Positions 1 to 14,188 of a stretch of DNA of 64,000 nt are shown here, one piece after another. A model generated the notes under the pieces. The model was not told where the DNA came from. It worked only from the letters and a program-made list of their open reading frames with translations, and did no database searches. This DNA comes from Octopus vulgaris (Eukaryota). Both the position numbers and the translations under genes were made by a program. Every line of letters begins with the position of its first letter. Position 1 is the first letter of the stretch. The DNA is taken from the NCBI GenBank assembly GCA_951406725.2, contig OX597814.1:222766001-222830000 (forward strand). The letters run 5' to 3'.

Positions 1-444
1 TAATGGCGACAACGTATAACGCTTCCATCGAATTATTATTCCAGTTCTTATGTTTTTAGTTTTTGTTTTTTAATATCTTATTTTCTCCCGTTTGTTACTC
101 TTCTTCCTCGCGTTAATTGTTGAGAGTTTGTTTGCATTCGAGAAATAACCAACTTCATTTTAATATCAAGAGTAATATTAATTTCGCTTTAATATTTCAG
201 TAGTAGTTTTTTTTTTTTTTTTGTTTTCAACTAGAATTTAGATTTCATCGAGGAAAAATATGATTAAAATGCCTGAGTCAAAAGAGTCCCTACTTAGGGC
301 TATAGTCTGAAATGCATGATTTTGATTATTGTATTTTTTTAAAAATTAGTGTTAATGTGTAATTTCAGAGAAATTTAGTATTGCTCGTTGAACATTCGAC
401 TGCATAGAGACACTCTTATTGGCCTTAAAGTTAGACTTACTGGT

Positions 445-630
445 AATTGTTGTTGTTCAATCATAAGTCACCTCTGAAGGAAGAAACATACGATCAAAGC
501 CATTCCAGTTACAAACAATTCCTCTTTTTGTATTTCATATAGCGAAATGTTCAAGTTTTGTGATAATAACATGTGAATTGTGAAAGATTTAGTTTATATT
601 TCTAGCTAAACTACCAAGCATATAGACGCC
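445..630 (-). repeat. Old degenerate interspersed repeat (related pieces at ~42770-42905, 44288-44470, 44535-44725, 58255-58350)
   Basis: Loosely shared motifs between copies (e.g. TATTTCTAGC here vs CTAGAAATAGC at ~44305; ttgttgttg tail). Highly diverged, boundaries approximate. Confidence 0.35.
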
Positions 631-2601
631 CTTTTGTTACCTTGTGAGACCTACTGGCGTTAGTGATAGCGGTAGAAGTGAAGGAGATGTACTGATGCGG
701 AAGAATTCTGTATATCAATTTACTTCACATGAAATCTGAATGATAGTAGTTGAATTAGAAGAAAAAAATGCGTATTTCATAATTTGTAACATCGGCTTCC
801 AATGTGCGTTAAAATCTACCGTAATGTGTATATATGTCGGTTCTTCAAAAGAGTAACATATATTTTAGTTACCTTTAACGGCAATAAAATTCAAACTGGA
901 AGTTAGGAATCACATCATCATTGAGTTATTATATCCTGCAGCGTTTCATGATTGATTCAAACTTAAGGGATATATAATACTGAAAAATCTATATTATTAT
1001 CTGTGATCATTCTGTTACTAAAATTTATTGAACATATAACGTGATATTTTAAATAATAAATGTTTTTCTTTTCATCATCGAAGAGTATATTTTTAACTCT
1101 GAGCAAGTTTTATCACTTAATATGTTAATAGCTTATTCCACAACACAGTAGTGTTTTTAAATAGAGAATGATATCATTTGTTCAGTGCATATTTTCCTTT
1201 TTTTATTCGTCTACCGCTACATGAAATTTTCCTAGGAATATTAGATTGTTCAATATTAGAGCTTATCAATTCTGGCGTTATTATATTAACGACTTATCAT
1301 CGAAAGTATACCTGACAACTTGAATCCTTATCTCAGTATCTCACTTATTGTCGAATTCACTATTCTTCCTTCATACCTAGCAAAACCTCCTTACCTATAT
1401 AACCTCTTTTTTTAAATGTCTGTCTTGTTACTTGTATGTCAGCCAGAGTCCATTACGAGTGATCGTGCTTTTGGACATGTGCAACCGGTGCAGTCGTTTT
1501 CTATCTCGAACACTTGTATGAAAAATGGTTAAAAGAAAATTTTTTTTAGAATATTCTAGAAGTTTTAATTCTAAGAGGAGAGTAGAATGTTTACTGTAAG
1601 GCTTAGAAAGTCAGCACGGCAACAATAAAAGTGGGAGGGAAGTGTATGTAGGTCGAGTGGACCTAAGTATGTAGGTTATGCTGAAGATTTCGAAAAAGAA
1701 GACACCTTAGTAATCAATGTTGAAAGTACAAAGAAACAAAGGCTGAGCATCTGACTGCTATCGATTAGAATTCAATATTTAATTTGTCGTAATTCAATGC
1801 CTTTCATTTGCGTGTCGCGTAAAAAGAACAAAGCGTGCAACAGCACAATCGTCGCAGTTTAATGCTATATAACTTGAAACCTACGTATAGCTCAAATCAA
1901 GAGCATTTTTACATTTATTTTAAGAAACTAAGTGAATTTGAGTCGGATTTTATCCCACATCAACTGCCCAAAATGTAATAAAAGTAAGATAAATATACAT
2001 AAAGACTCTCACTATATACACAACTTTTCCATAATGGAGGAGCTTTTACATGGAGAATAGTTTATCAACAAAATTCCATAACAGTTTTGGAGGCACGAAC
2101 TATCAAATCTAGCTAGTTATTAAGGCTTTGAACCCTAGCAAGAAGTGAACAAAAAAGAAAAGAAGAAACACGTAGGAGTGCTGTATGGTAATTAATTTGA
2201 GAAATGAAAGACAAAATGAATTATAGCGCCAAATTAATTTCTTTCCCATGATTTCTGAAGCTTAAACACACTAAACTACTTTTAAAAGAATCATAAGGAT
2301 ACAGCTTATCCACTGGAAGCATTTTCTCTCTCACATCATTCTTGGGAATAGATTTGAAGAATATGCATAGAAATTGTATATAAGAGCTTTGCGAAATCAA
2401 ATTCATATTAACGATTTAATTAAACAAGCTGTACGAGGGAAAATATAGAATTAAATGAAAAGATATTCTTTTTTTTATTTGTATTTTTGTTATACTCAGC
2501 TTAGAAGACAAAGAAAAATTTCATTGTACTCACATATAACATAATTAGATTTCATTGTTTTAGCCTCAACAAGCGTTGTACTTACCTAAAAGAAAGAGAC
2601 G

Positions 2602-2851
<250 letters not shown>

Positions 2852-2852
2852 T

Positions 2853-3404
2853 AAATGCTCTGATGCAGTGCCAGGCAGTGGCTCTCATGGCTTCTGATCT
2901 TAAGTGATTGGAAGTGTTATCATGTACATTGTTTTGCCTTGGTATAAAAGATGGGCTACAGCAAATATTCTGCTCAATACCACAGATTTGCTTGTCAGTT
3001 GTTTGACCTTAACCAGTTGAGCATGTCCCTTAGTGGCTGATGATATGTGCATCTCTGATCACGAGCAGAAGTAGTGGGGGAGCATCATAGCCATGTGTTG
3101 AGAGGAATCCTTTGGCGTTTGAGTAATTCACCTTTGGAAACATGGGTGGTTTGTTCAACATCCCGAAACAACCCTTATTCAGGGACCTTTTGAGCCAGAT
3201 GGGCTACTCTACCAGAAGAAAATTCTAACTTGGCCCCCACCTGCAATGTCATGCGTTGTTTATCTTGATCACCATGTCGTGCTCATATGGTTGTGATGCA
3301 TGTGCCCCATTTACCTTTATCAGACGAGTAGTCATGATGTGTATACTGAACTTCGTATATTTTATCCCAGTGTCACTTTGTAGTCATGCACTGCTCTCTC
3401 GTTC
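2853..3404 (+). mobile_element. ~550-bp complex-sequence element embedded in an (AAT)n array (probable non-LTR retroelement 3' part)
   Basis: Sharp rise in GC between (AAT)n on the left and AATAATAATAAT on the right; no ORF. Orientation is inferred from the short AAT tail. Confidence 0.55.
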
Positions 3405-3612
3405 AATAATAATAATATAAAGAAGAAGGAGAATGATTTCAGTTATTTGCAACAGAGGCGAAAGATGGGGCGGAGCAATACCGAGACAAACAATAAAGTT
3501 TAGGGGTTTACATATAATGAAGTGCGAAAAAGGAAAGTAAGTATACACGGTATACACTGAAAAACAAGGGACATATGCATAGCATATACAGGTTTAGAAA
3601 AAGGTGTCGGGG

Positions 3613-3725
3613 TTGATGATGATGAGGAGGAGGAGGAAGAGGAGGAGGAGGAGGATGGGCATGATGATGATGATGATGATAATGATGATGATGACAATAA
3701 TAATAATAATAATAATAATATATAT

Positions 3726-3768
<43 letters not shown>
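3613..3768. repeat. Compound (GAT)/(GAG)/(AAT)/(TA) microsatellite
   Basis: Directly visible. Confidence 0.95.
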
Positions 3769-3769
<1 letters not shown>

Positions 3770-4232
3770 CCATCCATCCATACTGTCACTATAGATGTAT
3801 GGGTGTTTGTCTATATGTGTTTTGACAGTGTATACGTATGTACCTATAACTATGAGTCTATTGTGACATATTTTTATTTTCAAATTAAATCTGTCTATTT
3901 TGATCGAAGATTATAATTTGTATAGGGCTGTAAATTCTTAAAGATATTGAAAATGTATTTATATAATATATTACGAAGGAAACTCTTGATGAATTATATA
4001 AAGTATTAGATTATCAGCATTATTGTATTTTTTGGTCCCGGTTTGTATATTATTGGAAAGTTTTAGGCTTAATATAATTACTTGTTTGTTTCATTATATT
4101 TCATAATAGAACAAATTTCTTTTCATAATATTTAATAAATTTAAAGACATATAGGTAAAACTATGAATAGTCATTAATCTTTTTGAAGTGAAATGTAATT
4201 TACGAAATGAAATTTCCATCACATTGCAATAG

Positions 4233-4474
<242 letters not shown>

Positions 4475-4601
4475 TTATGTATACTAGTTTGGTACATCAC
4501 AACCAAATCATTTGAAATATAAATACTGCACGCTTGGTTTTTATTTGTGATAACTTGATTCGTTCAGGATTACGAGCTTTTTATTTTTATTGCCGAATGA
4601 T

Positions 4602-4990
4602 GCAGGCGTGGTAGTATGGGAAGAAGTTTCTTCACAACCACATGCCTCCGGGTTCAGTCCCGATACGTGGCTTTTTTTCTTTCCTATACTGGCAAGTGCC
4701 GTATATTGCAGCTCCAGGCGGACTCAAATTTTTTGAGTGGATTTGTTGAACGGAAACTGAAAGAAGCATGTTTATTATATGTGTTTGTGTCTGTGTACTT
4801 TTGATTATGTCTATCCCCACCACCGCTCGACAACCGGCGTTGGTTTGTCTATTCTCCGTATATAGCGGTTCGGCAAAGGAACATCGTTAGAAATAGTAGA
4901 AGGCTTAGAAAAATTTATAAGGCGTCCACTAAACCTTCCATAGCGGTGTCTCAGCATTACTGCATCTAAGGACTGAAAAGTTAAATAAGA
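4602..4990 (+). mobile_element. tRNA-derived SINE family A, diverged copy
   Basis: GGGTTCAGTCCC head, CGGAAACTGAAAGAAGC, GACAACCGG and TAGCGGTTCGGCAAA blocks are collinear with the copy at 41644-42054. Confidence 0.85.
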
Positions 4991-7685
4991 AAAAATAGAG
5001 GTATTTAGGTTTCATGCGTGAATATATATGTGTGAGTATGGGCGTGTGTTGTGTGGACACACACGCACACATATATATATATATGCAGGACTTTATAAAG
5101 GTGTTTCTGTGAGTGTGTTTGTGGAGTGCACGAATTGATATATATATATAAGGCTGTATTTCTGTCTGTATGTCAACTAAATTTTACTGACAAATATGTG
5201 TGTGTGCGCGCGCGCGCGTGTATTCGCGTGTGTGTATGCAAGATTTTATGTTGTTGTGCACAGATTGTAATCTTTTGACCTTTCATCTCTCTTCTCCACT
5301 CAAATTCTTTCTGCCATTGTCTGTTTTTATGAGCCCAAGGCTTAGAAACTTGCTCTGCTTAGCCCACATCAACATACACCTGCGATTTATCTACTTCTCG
5401 ATCCCATATGTATGTGTGAGAGTGTATATGTCTGTGTGTGTGTGTATGCATTTATGTATATTAATAGGTATGTGCCCGTCCACACATACATACACACACA
5501 CACACACAATAATCCTTTTAAATATAATTTATGCTACCTTTCTGGTAGCCAAGGTTTTTAGCTGAGAGAAACCAACATTTATTCCACTAAAAGTCAAATC
5601 ACAAATGACACTCCCTTTCAGTAGTCTGTAACGTGTGATACAAAATCAAGTGTATTGCGACCCTTTGATGTCATCAGAGATGCTTTTCATCCATGTTTTT
5701 TGTAGAAGGAAATAATCATTGAATGATAGTAGTTTTTTTTATTTGTTTACTTCTTTGTAGTGCATCATAAAAGTTACAATATTTAATTTAAATAACCATG
5801 CGATGTTAAAAGAACAGTCGGAGATTTCTAATAGGAAATTAAGAGGTATAAAATAAGAATGGAGAACAGAAGTTGAGGAAAGCCAGGTGAAAATAAATGC
5901 TATAAAAGCTGGTATAAAGTTAATATATGAAAAACATAATTATTGTAATTAAATAAATTATTGCATCAATGAACGTAGAAAAGTAGGGACTGTAAATATA
6001 TTCCAATTTGTATATGTATGTTGTGCATGTGTTTATGTGTGTGCGTGAGTGCGTGTGTGTATTGTCGAGCTTAAATATGCATATTGTCACTTGATTCTGA
6101 TTTTTCCCTCTTGTACGGTAACTGGAACAATGCTATACGATAGTTTAAATAGTTATTAATATTCTGCATGGGAAATTGTGATGTTGTTGCATTTGGATTC
6201 AATAATCGATGCAATTAATTCATAATTCTATTTTACCGATCTCAACACCTATGTTGCATGTTGGCATGATTGCTGGCGGAAAATAAATTAATAACACCTA
6301 ATTTTATAAATAACCTCTGTTTATATAAATTTTATTTTTATGTGTTTTGTATTGCACGCTGAACATGTGGGCTACTCATCGTGATTATATTATTTGTCAT
6401 CATTAATTACTAGTAATTAAAAATATCTTCCGAATAGGAAATAAGAAATACGAACTGGGGTGTTGATTTTTAAGTTGCGTGCAAACAAAGACTTCAAATT
6501 AGAACAGTTTTTTTTTCTTTTCTTCGGGAATATTGCTGATTTAATTGTTTTAAAGAAGTAATGGATTCTATGTATGAAACTATTTAGGTACATTGAAAAT
6601 TCTTATCTCATCTGGCCAAAATCATACAACATTTAATCTCACCCTTGTATACTCCAGTTTCATCTTCGCCTTACATATCTCCAGATATATTTTCTTGAAA
6701 TATTCAAATGAAATTCTGATGGCATTAAATACGATATTTTCTTATATGTGTTTCTTGATAAATATTTCAATATGGTATGTTTTAGTTAACAATCAATTCT
6801 CTTGCATTCTCTGAAATACATCATATTCTGTATCAATATGACGGTAAATAAAAATTGCCCTGGAGTTTTGGTGTTGGAAAATAGTGAATGTTGTCTATTT
6901 CAAATTGCATTTATCAAAAGTGTGATTTTGATGGAACTCATAGCATCTTCTGTCATCTATGGAACTTTATTATACCTTTTAATTAAGTACAAGGAGAATA
7001 CGCACGCGCAAACTGTGAATAAACTAATCACGATGATGTTCCTTCAAAATCAACGGAGCACTGTAATTCAATGACACTTTTGATGTTGAGACACAACGGT
7101 TAGGGGTTGGGATATTTATACATATTCGCTGTTTCCTATCCATGGCGAGGCACGAATTTCATTTAAGCAGGTGACAATCGTATCCGCATTCACTAGTTTC
7201 TTCAAGAGTGAAAAAGATCTTACGTTCTTGTAATGTCCGTCTCCCTAGGATACATTGCAAGTTTAACAACTAGATTACAAAGAGATTTCATCTCAGATTT
7301 TCCACGGCTTCATGCTTTCTAACGCTGTATAGGTATATACAGTGCTACACAGTTTGGTGTATATATATATATATATATATATAGGTCTGTGCCTGTGTGT
7401 GCGCGCGTGTGTCTATGTGCGTGTTTGTGTGTGTGTGTGTGTGTGTGTGTGACTGTGTGTATGTGTATGTTTGTAGGAATTAATGATGTTTGCATTCAGT
7501 AAGTGCAAGTTACATCTTAGGAAACAAGCATCGACTATAATATTTGAAGTCACGCTCAGCTCTAACCTGATTGGCAAATTTGACTCAACTAAGCGTTTAA
7601 AGTCCTACCATCAGTAAATATTAGTATTTTTTCTTACATATTCCTTTACAGTAAAAACACAGAATAATTATGTCTGTTTGTCAGT

Positions 7686-7717
<32 letters not shown>

Positions 7718-8738
7718 CTGTAGATGTATGTGTGCGTATGTGTATAGATGTACGTGTGCGTGTGTTAATGGGGTGTTTGTGCATGAGTAATTGTCAGTTT
7801 CCAACGAAGTCCATAACAAGAATCTGGTTTAATTTACATCTTCCACCAGAACTGAACACCTGTATAGAGCTACTACATATTTTATCAATATTTTCATATC
7901 AGTTTACTCTCACTGTTCAGGAAAGTAACAGTCTTTTGTTTATTTTTGTCTCCTGTATGCTATACTTCATTTTCTCAATTGCTGTACCTTCACACGAATC
8001 TCCTCCAAACTAAAAAAAAAACTACACTTCATTTCTTTGATATTGCATGCACAACGGCATTAATTTGTTTTACAAGCAGTAGTGAATGGAATAAAAAAAA
8101 AATGATATCTGTAAATCGGATCATCGACGGATGAAAAATAAATGTACGGAGAGCGTTTGCTTTCATCTGCTGCCTATTAACACAGGAATATTAAACAAAT
8201 ATATAAACCAGTTCGATTTCCCTTGAGAAAAAGAAGTGTCCAACACTTTGGATGGAAAAAAGATGATAGCAAGCTTTTTATGTTCTAACAATTGAACAGT
8301 AGAGGAGGAAAAAAGATAAAAAATAAAACTAAAGAATAGAACCTTGTAAAAGTATAGCAAAGGAAATTAACGAGAAAATACTCAACCAAAATTTAATAAC
8401 GAAACAAAAAGGACACCATATACTCATCTGTCACAAAGACTTTTCTATTCAATTCAGAGGAAATAAAGAGCAAGATAGAACATGGTAAACTGAAATTTTC
8501 GATATATCTACAATGATTGTAGACATATCGAGGTAACCTTATAGTTGAACTTTATACGGGTTGGTAACTAATCAGCATCTTCATTGGATTTTATTATCGC
8601 TTAATGATGCTTATAACATTTATTTGAATATGTATATATATACATATATATATGTGTGTGTGTGTGTGCTATTTCTATTTTCTCTCACTGGTTTCAGCTC
8701 AGAGCTGCAGCCATTCTGATGCACCGCCGTTTAAAAAT

Positions 8739-8989
8739 AAATGCGTCCTTTTGAAGCCTAGCCAGGCTCATGGGCCCGGTTTCCCAGTTTCTATGGCGTA
8801 TGTATTCCCCAGCTGGACGGGACGCCAGCCCATCGCAGCGTTACTCATTTTTGCCAGCTGAGTGGACTGGAGGAACTTGAAATGAAGTGTTTCGCTCAAA
8901 AACACAACGCGTCGCCCAGTCCAGGAACCGAAACCACAATCTTACGATCATGGTGCTGACACCCTAACCACTAAGCCACGCGCCTCCAC
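8739..8989 (-). mobile_element. tRNA-derived SINE family C (abuts a family-A 3' tail fragment at ~8672-8732)
   Basis: Reverse complement starts GTGGAGGCGCGTGGCTTAGTGGTTAGG (A box). The head matches 10040-10177; the 3' part (GGCGTCCCGTCCAG...TACGCCA..GAAAC..GGCCC.ATGAGCC) matches 62650-62750. Confidence 0.85.
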
Positions 8990-9514
8990 AACTGTTTATT
9001 TTATTTTCTCATACATTTGTAGCGTACTAGTTTATTCTTAAATAAAATTGTTGTTGAGAGTAACTTCGAAGACTCGACCAAGTTAAACCATCGTTGGATT
9101 GAGGATGGCTTAACATATGTAATCAGTGAGTGGGAGGGAGTGGGAGAAAGAGGGTCTGTGTGTCTGTGATACATGTTTTTGTGTGAATATTTGTATAAGA
9201 AGCGTCGGAGGGAAGGAAGCAAGTAGGATTAGCGGCATTTACACATCTTAGTGTTGGTGCGAAATGAAGATTTAAACGAAAAAGGCAAAAGTAAAGAGAA
9301 AAGTGATGCAAAGCCGAAAATAAAGGGAATGGGAAATTGAGCTTGATTGTATTAGCGTACTAGAAAATAAAATTGTGTATTATACACATGCGTGTATTCA
9401 AATACTAACGTGTGTGTGCAGATGTATGCTGATTCACACACTCTCACAAATATTTGTGTGTTTTTGTATATAAGTTTATATAAGTTTGCATATGAATGTA
9501 TACATCTATATTTG

Positions 9515-9572
<58 letters not shown>

Positions 9573-9578
<6 letters not shown>

Positions 9579-9678
9579 TCCGATTCATCGGAAAGTTTGT
9601 TAAATAAAGCATATTACACTACCTCTGGTATTTGAGTACTCTTTTTTTCCACCATGTTTCACATTTATGTTTACTCCG

Positions 9679-9679
<1 letters not shown>
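9573..9679 (-). mobile_element. Short repeat fragment inside (TA)n; inverse-related to 15411-15497; probable PLE terminal-repeat piece
   Basis: TGTTTCACATTTATGTTTACTCCG nearly matches the reverse complement of CGGAGTAAACACATAAATGTGAAACA at 15412. Confidence 0.55.
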
Positions 9680-9763
<84 letters not shown>

Positions 9764-9885
9764 GTTGGGAGTAACAACACGAGTAAAAGTAGAAGGAAAA
9801 GAATCTGACAATGCAGGAGTGTTTTAAACGTATTTATTAACTTAACCGGTTTCACTTTACATATATCAACTACACACCCACATAA

Positions 9886-10177
9886 TACTACTGCTGAGAT
9901 CCCCTACGGTCATGGGCTGACCATGGGATTGAACCTAGAAAATTACCCTCCCAGGCACAAGTCCGGGCAAGGTTGTTTATGGAAGACCAGCAGTCGTCCA
10001 TACATACCGGCCTCCCCTCCGCGCCGTCGCAACTCATTTCTACAGCTGAGTGAACAGGGGCAGCGTAAAAAAAAGTATCTTGCTCAAGAACACAACACGC
10101 AGCCCGGTCCAGGATTCGAACTTACGAACTCACGATCGTAAGCCCGACACTCTAACCACTAAGCCATGTGCCATCAC
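9886..10177 (-). mobile_element. tRNA-derived SINE (family C-like head, different tail; tail fragment also at 57284-57450)
   Basis: Reverse-complement A box TGGCTTAGTGG and B box GTTCGAATCC. TATGGAAGACCAGCAGT is shared with 57400-57416. Confidence 0.85.
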
Positions 10178-10514
10178 TATTCACATATTGATATCTAATT
10201 ATATATGTGTGCGTATGTCTTTTTATATATATGAGCGTGTGTGTGTACGCACGTGCGTGTTGTTTGTGTGTGTAAAAGATAAGATCGAAGAACCGAGGTG
10301 TATGAAAATAGTAGGCTTCGAGCAGCCCGTAGGGGTTATAAAATACAACTTTCAGAAACAATAGTGGTTTTGACGTAGAAAGTTGTGAATGTTTCCCGTA
10401 TCGAAGTTCGATAAGCTGAAAAAAAGCTATTTTATCGTTTACGGTTAGCAGCAGGGATTGCTGTGTATGTGAATAGAAATACAAAATTAGAAATCCATGT
10501 AAATATATATATAT

Positions 10515-10919
10515 TCTCTTTTACTCTTTTACTTGTTTCAGTCATTTGATTGCGGCCATGCTGGAGCACCGCCTTTAGTCGAGCAAATCGACCCCGGGAC
10601 TTATTCTTTGTAAGCCCAGTACTTATTCTATCGGTCTCTTTTTGCCGAACCGCTAAGTGACGGGGACGTAAACACACCAGCATCGGTTGTCAAGCAATGC
10701 TAGGGGGACAGACACAGGCACACAAACACACACACACATACATATATACATATATACTACAGGCTTCTTTCAGTTTCCGTCTACCAAATCCACTCACAAG
10801 GCATTGGTAGCCCGGGGCTATAGCAGAAGACACTTGCCCAAGATCCCACGCAGTGGGACTGAAACCGGAACCCTGTGGCTGGTTAGCAAGCTACTTACCA
10901 CACAGCCACTCCTGCGCCT
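10515..10919 (-). mobile_element. SINE family A, full length
   Basis: Near-identical reverse complement of 41644-42054 and 52951-53380; internal (TA)/(TG) tract and AAAAGAGT tail. Confidence 0.95.
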
Positions 10920-11054
10920 TTATATATATAAACAATTGCAGCGTGGAAGGTGTTTATAAGCCATTTAAGAAACACACAAATCCGTTAGATTTACTTCAAC
11001 ATTTAAATTTAATTTGTCAAAATATTTTCGTCGCTTTGAGACCGCGACCTACTT

Positions 11055-11283
11055 TTATCTTTATCTTTTCTCTCACTCATAGAACATGCTGGGCAGGGCA
11101 TCCTTTAAAGTGTTTTAGTCGAACGAATTGACCCAAGTGCTTATTTTTTAAGGCCTGATACTTATTCAATACACACTTTTGCCGAACTGCTAAGCTACTG
11201 GACGTACGCAAATCAACACCCTTAGTTGAGCGGTGGTCGGAACAAACACACACACACAAGCATACTCACACATCTCACACCTC

Positions 11284-11314
<31 letters not shown>

Positions 11315-11328
11315 CATACATACATACA

Positions 11329-11362
<34 letters not shown>

Positions 11363-11480
11363 CGACAAACGTCTACCGATTTCACTTACAAGGCCACAAT
11401 CTGTTGGTTGGTGTGGATCTTCAGTAGAAAAAACTAGCCCAATTTCCCTCCTGAGGGACTCAATGCAGCACTGCGGTTTT
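11055..11480 (-). mobile_element. SINE family A, older diverged copy with internal (CATA)n
   Basis: CATGCTGG, TTTAGTCGAA and TTTGCCGAACTGCTAAG blocks match family A. Confidence 0.7.
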
Positions 11481-13989
11481 GAGAATCAAATACGTAAACA
11501 AGCATACAAATAAAACATTCAAGTTTCTAAAACTTTATTTAAGTTGTTCAGACAGTCTTTACAAAAGCTTCCGAACTGTAACTTAAATCAATAAGGCTCT
11601 GTGTTCACTTTAATTCTTTAAATCTCTCCAGTAAATGAAGCCTTATGATTCTGTTATATATCATATTTTCATTCATTGTTTCTTCCCGCCTGTCTCTCTG
11701 TTTGCAACAATTTCTCTTGGTATTCCACTCATCATACGGATTTCGCCCTGATATTTCATATATCTCTAGATATAGATTTTGACAGTTATACTTGCATGTC
11801 ATTCGAGAAGCATGTTGTACTTGCTATTAAAGAAACAAGTAGTATATGTTTTGTATTTTGCTAGGAAATTTGAAAGAGGCTAGTCTACTTCTTTATCTGA
11901 AGTGTATCATTTCTTAACATATTCTATGCTTTGTTTTCAGATGGACTATTTTCCTTTTCTGTGCCACTTGCTGGAGTACGAGGCGGAAAGCCTTTTTAAC
12001 CCTTGATATTCATTCCATTTGAATTCACACGAATAAAAATCAACCAGCCAGCCAGAATTTCCTCCATTTTAAGTGACCACTAGACCGCGTAACTTTATGC
12101 TTATTTTCCCTCTATTTCCTTTTTCTATTATTGATTCGAATATGCGAAGTGGTACATTGGAAGTTTCGTAGACTTCATAGCCTTTTGTACATTGCTGACA
12201 ATTAGCGGCGGGAAGGATTTAATTATATTATTTCCACAACATTAAACAAAGTATAACTAGCAAGCAAAAATTTGCGAGAATATGTGAAAGAAAGTGAGTA
12301 GGCAATCCTACCCAATCTGATACGCATAATTCAGACTGCAATAAATTTTCTCATAATTTTGAAATGAAACCAGTGTAACTCGCCATAAGTAATGATGAGA
12401 AAGCAATTTCTAAAAAATGTCTTCATATCTCTGGGATAGCTGTGTTAGTTATCTGCTATGGAGCAAATTAGTGATTGGCAAACTTCTAAGCAAGAACATG
12501 TCAGACGTTCATCAACATACAAGGGATTTTATTGTAATCCAGCTGGTTTATTAATACTTGGTTCACTATTCCAAATTGCAGAATTACATGAGATTAGCTA
12601 TAATTAGGTCTTATGAAACGTAGTGTCGTTCTCTGCCATCATCCTGAAGTAATGTAATTTTTTATGTGTTTATTTTTCTTTTCTGCTTTTCTTTATTTTT
12701 TGTCACTGATAGGATAATTTACTGCGGAACAATATTTCGGACACACTTTTCTGAGCTGCTGTTTATATATGCAATGAACTTCATATACATACTTTTGTTG
12801 GGAAAATGTGAAAAGTATAAAACTAGTTCAAAAACACTGATCTAATACGAATTCTTTCCGGACGAACTGAAAATATATGACAAAAATACCTATAAAATAA
12901 AATAAAAATTGCCGTGATTTCGAACATTCAACTGTTGCAGGGATGGCATGAAACCAAGGCTCACACTTGATTACAAAACATAGAAAATCAAAGAACAACA
13001 ATACTGTCTTCTGAGCAACATCAGTATCAATCACCTAGCTCTTATCAGACTTACGCCAAGGAATACTGCAGGTACCTAGGAATGAATAAGATTCTTATTC
13101 ATGAGATTTATACAGGAATGACCTAGACACAGAACATAACTATTTAATAAAAGCAAATATTCACAGATTTGCTGAAATAAATTTACTGCTCGCAGTGTGT
13201 TCGCCGTAACATGCTATCATTTGCAATTCTCGATTGGATGCGATATGGTATCCAAGCCGTTCATATTAAAACTTCAATCTATTAACTTCCATCGGAAATT
13301 TTGGTATCATTAATGATACTGATCTCCACTACATAAATCGATAATTAGGAAGTTGATGCTAAATATCGATTTTCAAAAGCATTTGAATATCACGTCACAT
13401 CCCTTCGAAATTATCCATAAAACACCAAGTGTCGAAGTGCATCCATGGATCAAGTGCATTAATTATGCAAATAACGTCATGAGCATAAAAAAAGGGAGCT
13501 TCGCGAAAATGATAACCTGACTGATGGTGAGAGAGATACAGCAGGAATATACACAGAAATATACACACAGAGATGATGCTGTGCTATATCGCAACAGATC
13601 AGATGGTATGCATTCTACTTTCAGTAGAAAGTTATCTATAACTATATTATCAGAAGACATCGGAGTCACGATATCATAGATAAACGCAGTATATATAGAT
13701 ATGTGCAGCAGATGTATTATGTGTATATTTACATTTACTTGTAGTCGGTCTTGCACAAACAACCATTTTATTAATTCTCAATTTGTGGGACATTGCAATC
13801 TTGGAACAGGAAAACAACAAAATAACTCATTATATAGAAAGTAAGCGATACATGTAAAACCCCTAGATGTGACAATCTGTATACGATCTGAAGAACTAAC
13901 AGCCGAATATAAAAACCGACATTATAAGTAGTTGTCCGATAACAAAACGATAGGCTGATATCGTTGGCAAAGCAGTACTCAATCTCTAA

Positions 13990-14188
13990 CCTATTTCTTT
14001 ATTACCCACAAGGGGCTAAACACAGAGGGGACAAACAAGGACAGACAAACGATTAAGTCGATTACATCGACCCCAGTGCGTAACTGGTACTTAATTTATC
14101 GACCCCAAAAGGAGGAAAGGCAAAGGAATTTGAACTCAGAACGTAACAGCAGACGAAATACGGCTACGCATTTAGCCCGGCATGCTAA
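13990..14188 (-). mobile_element. SINE family B, one-unit copy with internal deletion
   Basis: ACCCACAAGGGGCTAAACACAGAGGGGACAAACAAGGAC...GAATTTGAACTCAGAACG shared with other B copies. Confidence 0.92.

Noticed and set aside
1-60. AATGGCG (YY1-like) and short ATG frame at the window start
   Set aside because: The frame is only 18 codons and upstream context is missing, so a promoter cannot be supported.
3033-3095. CTGATGA hammerhead-like core in the AAT-embedded element
   Set aside because: The partner box is GAAG and stem I/cleavage-site geometry does not fit.
8930-8989. tRNA genes (also 10110-10177, 36061-36134)
   Set aside because: A/B boxes run into SINE bodies and no complete cloverleaf is evident; these are SINE heads.
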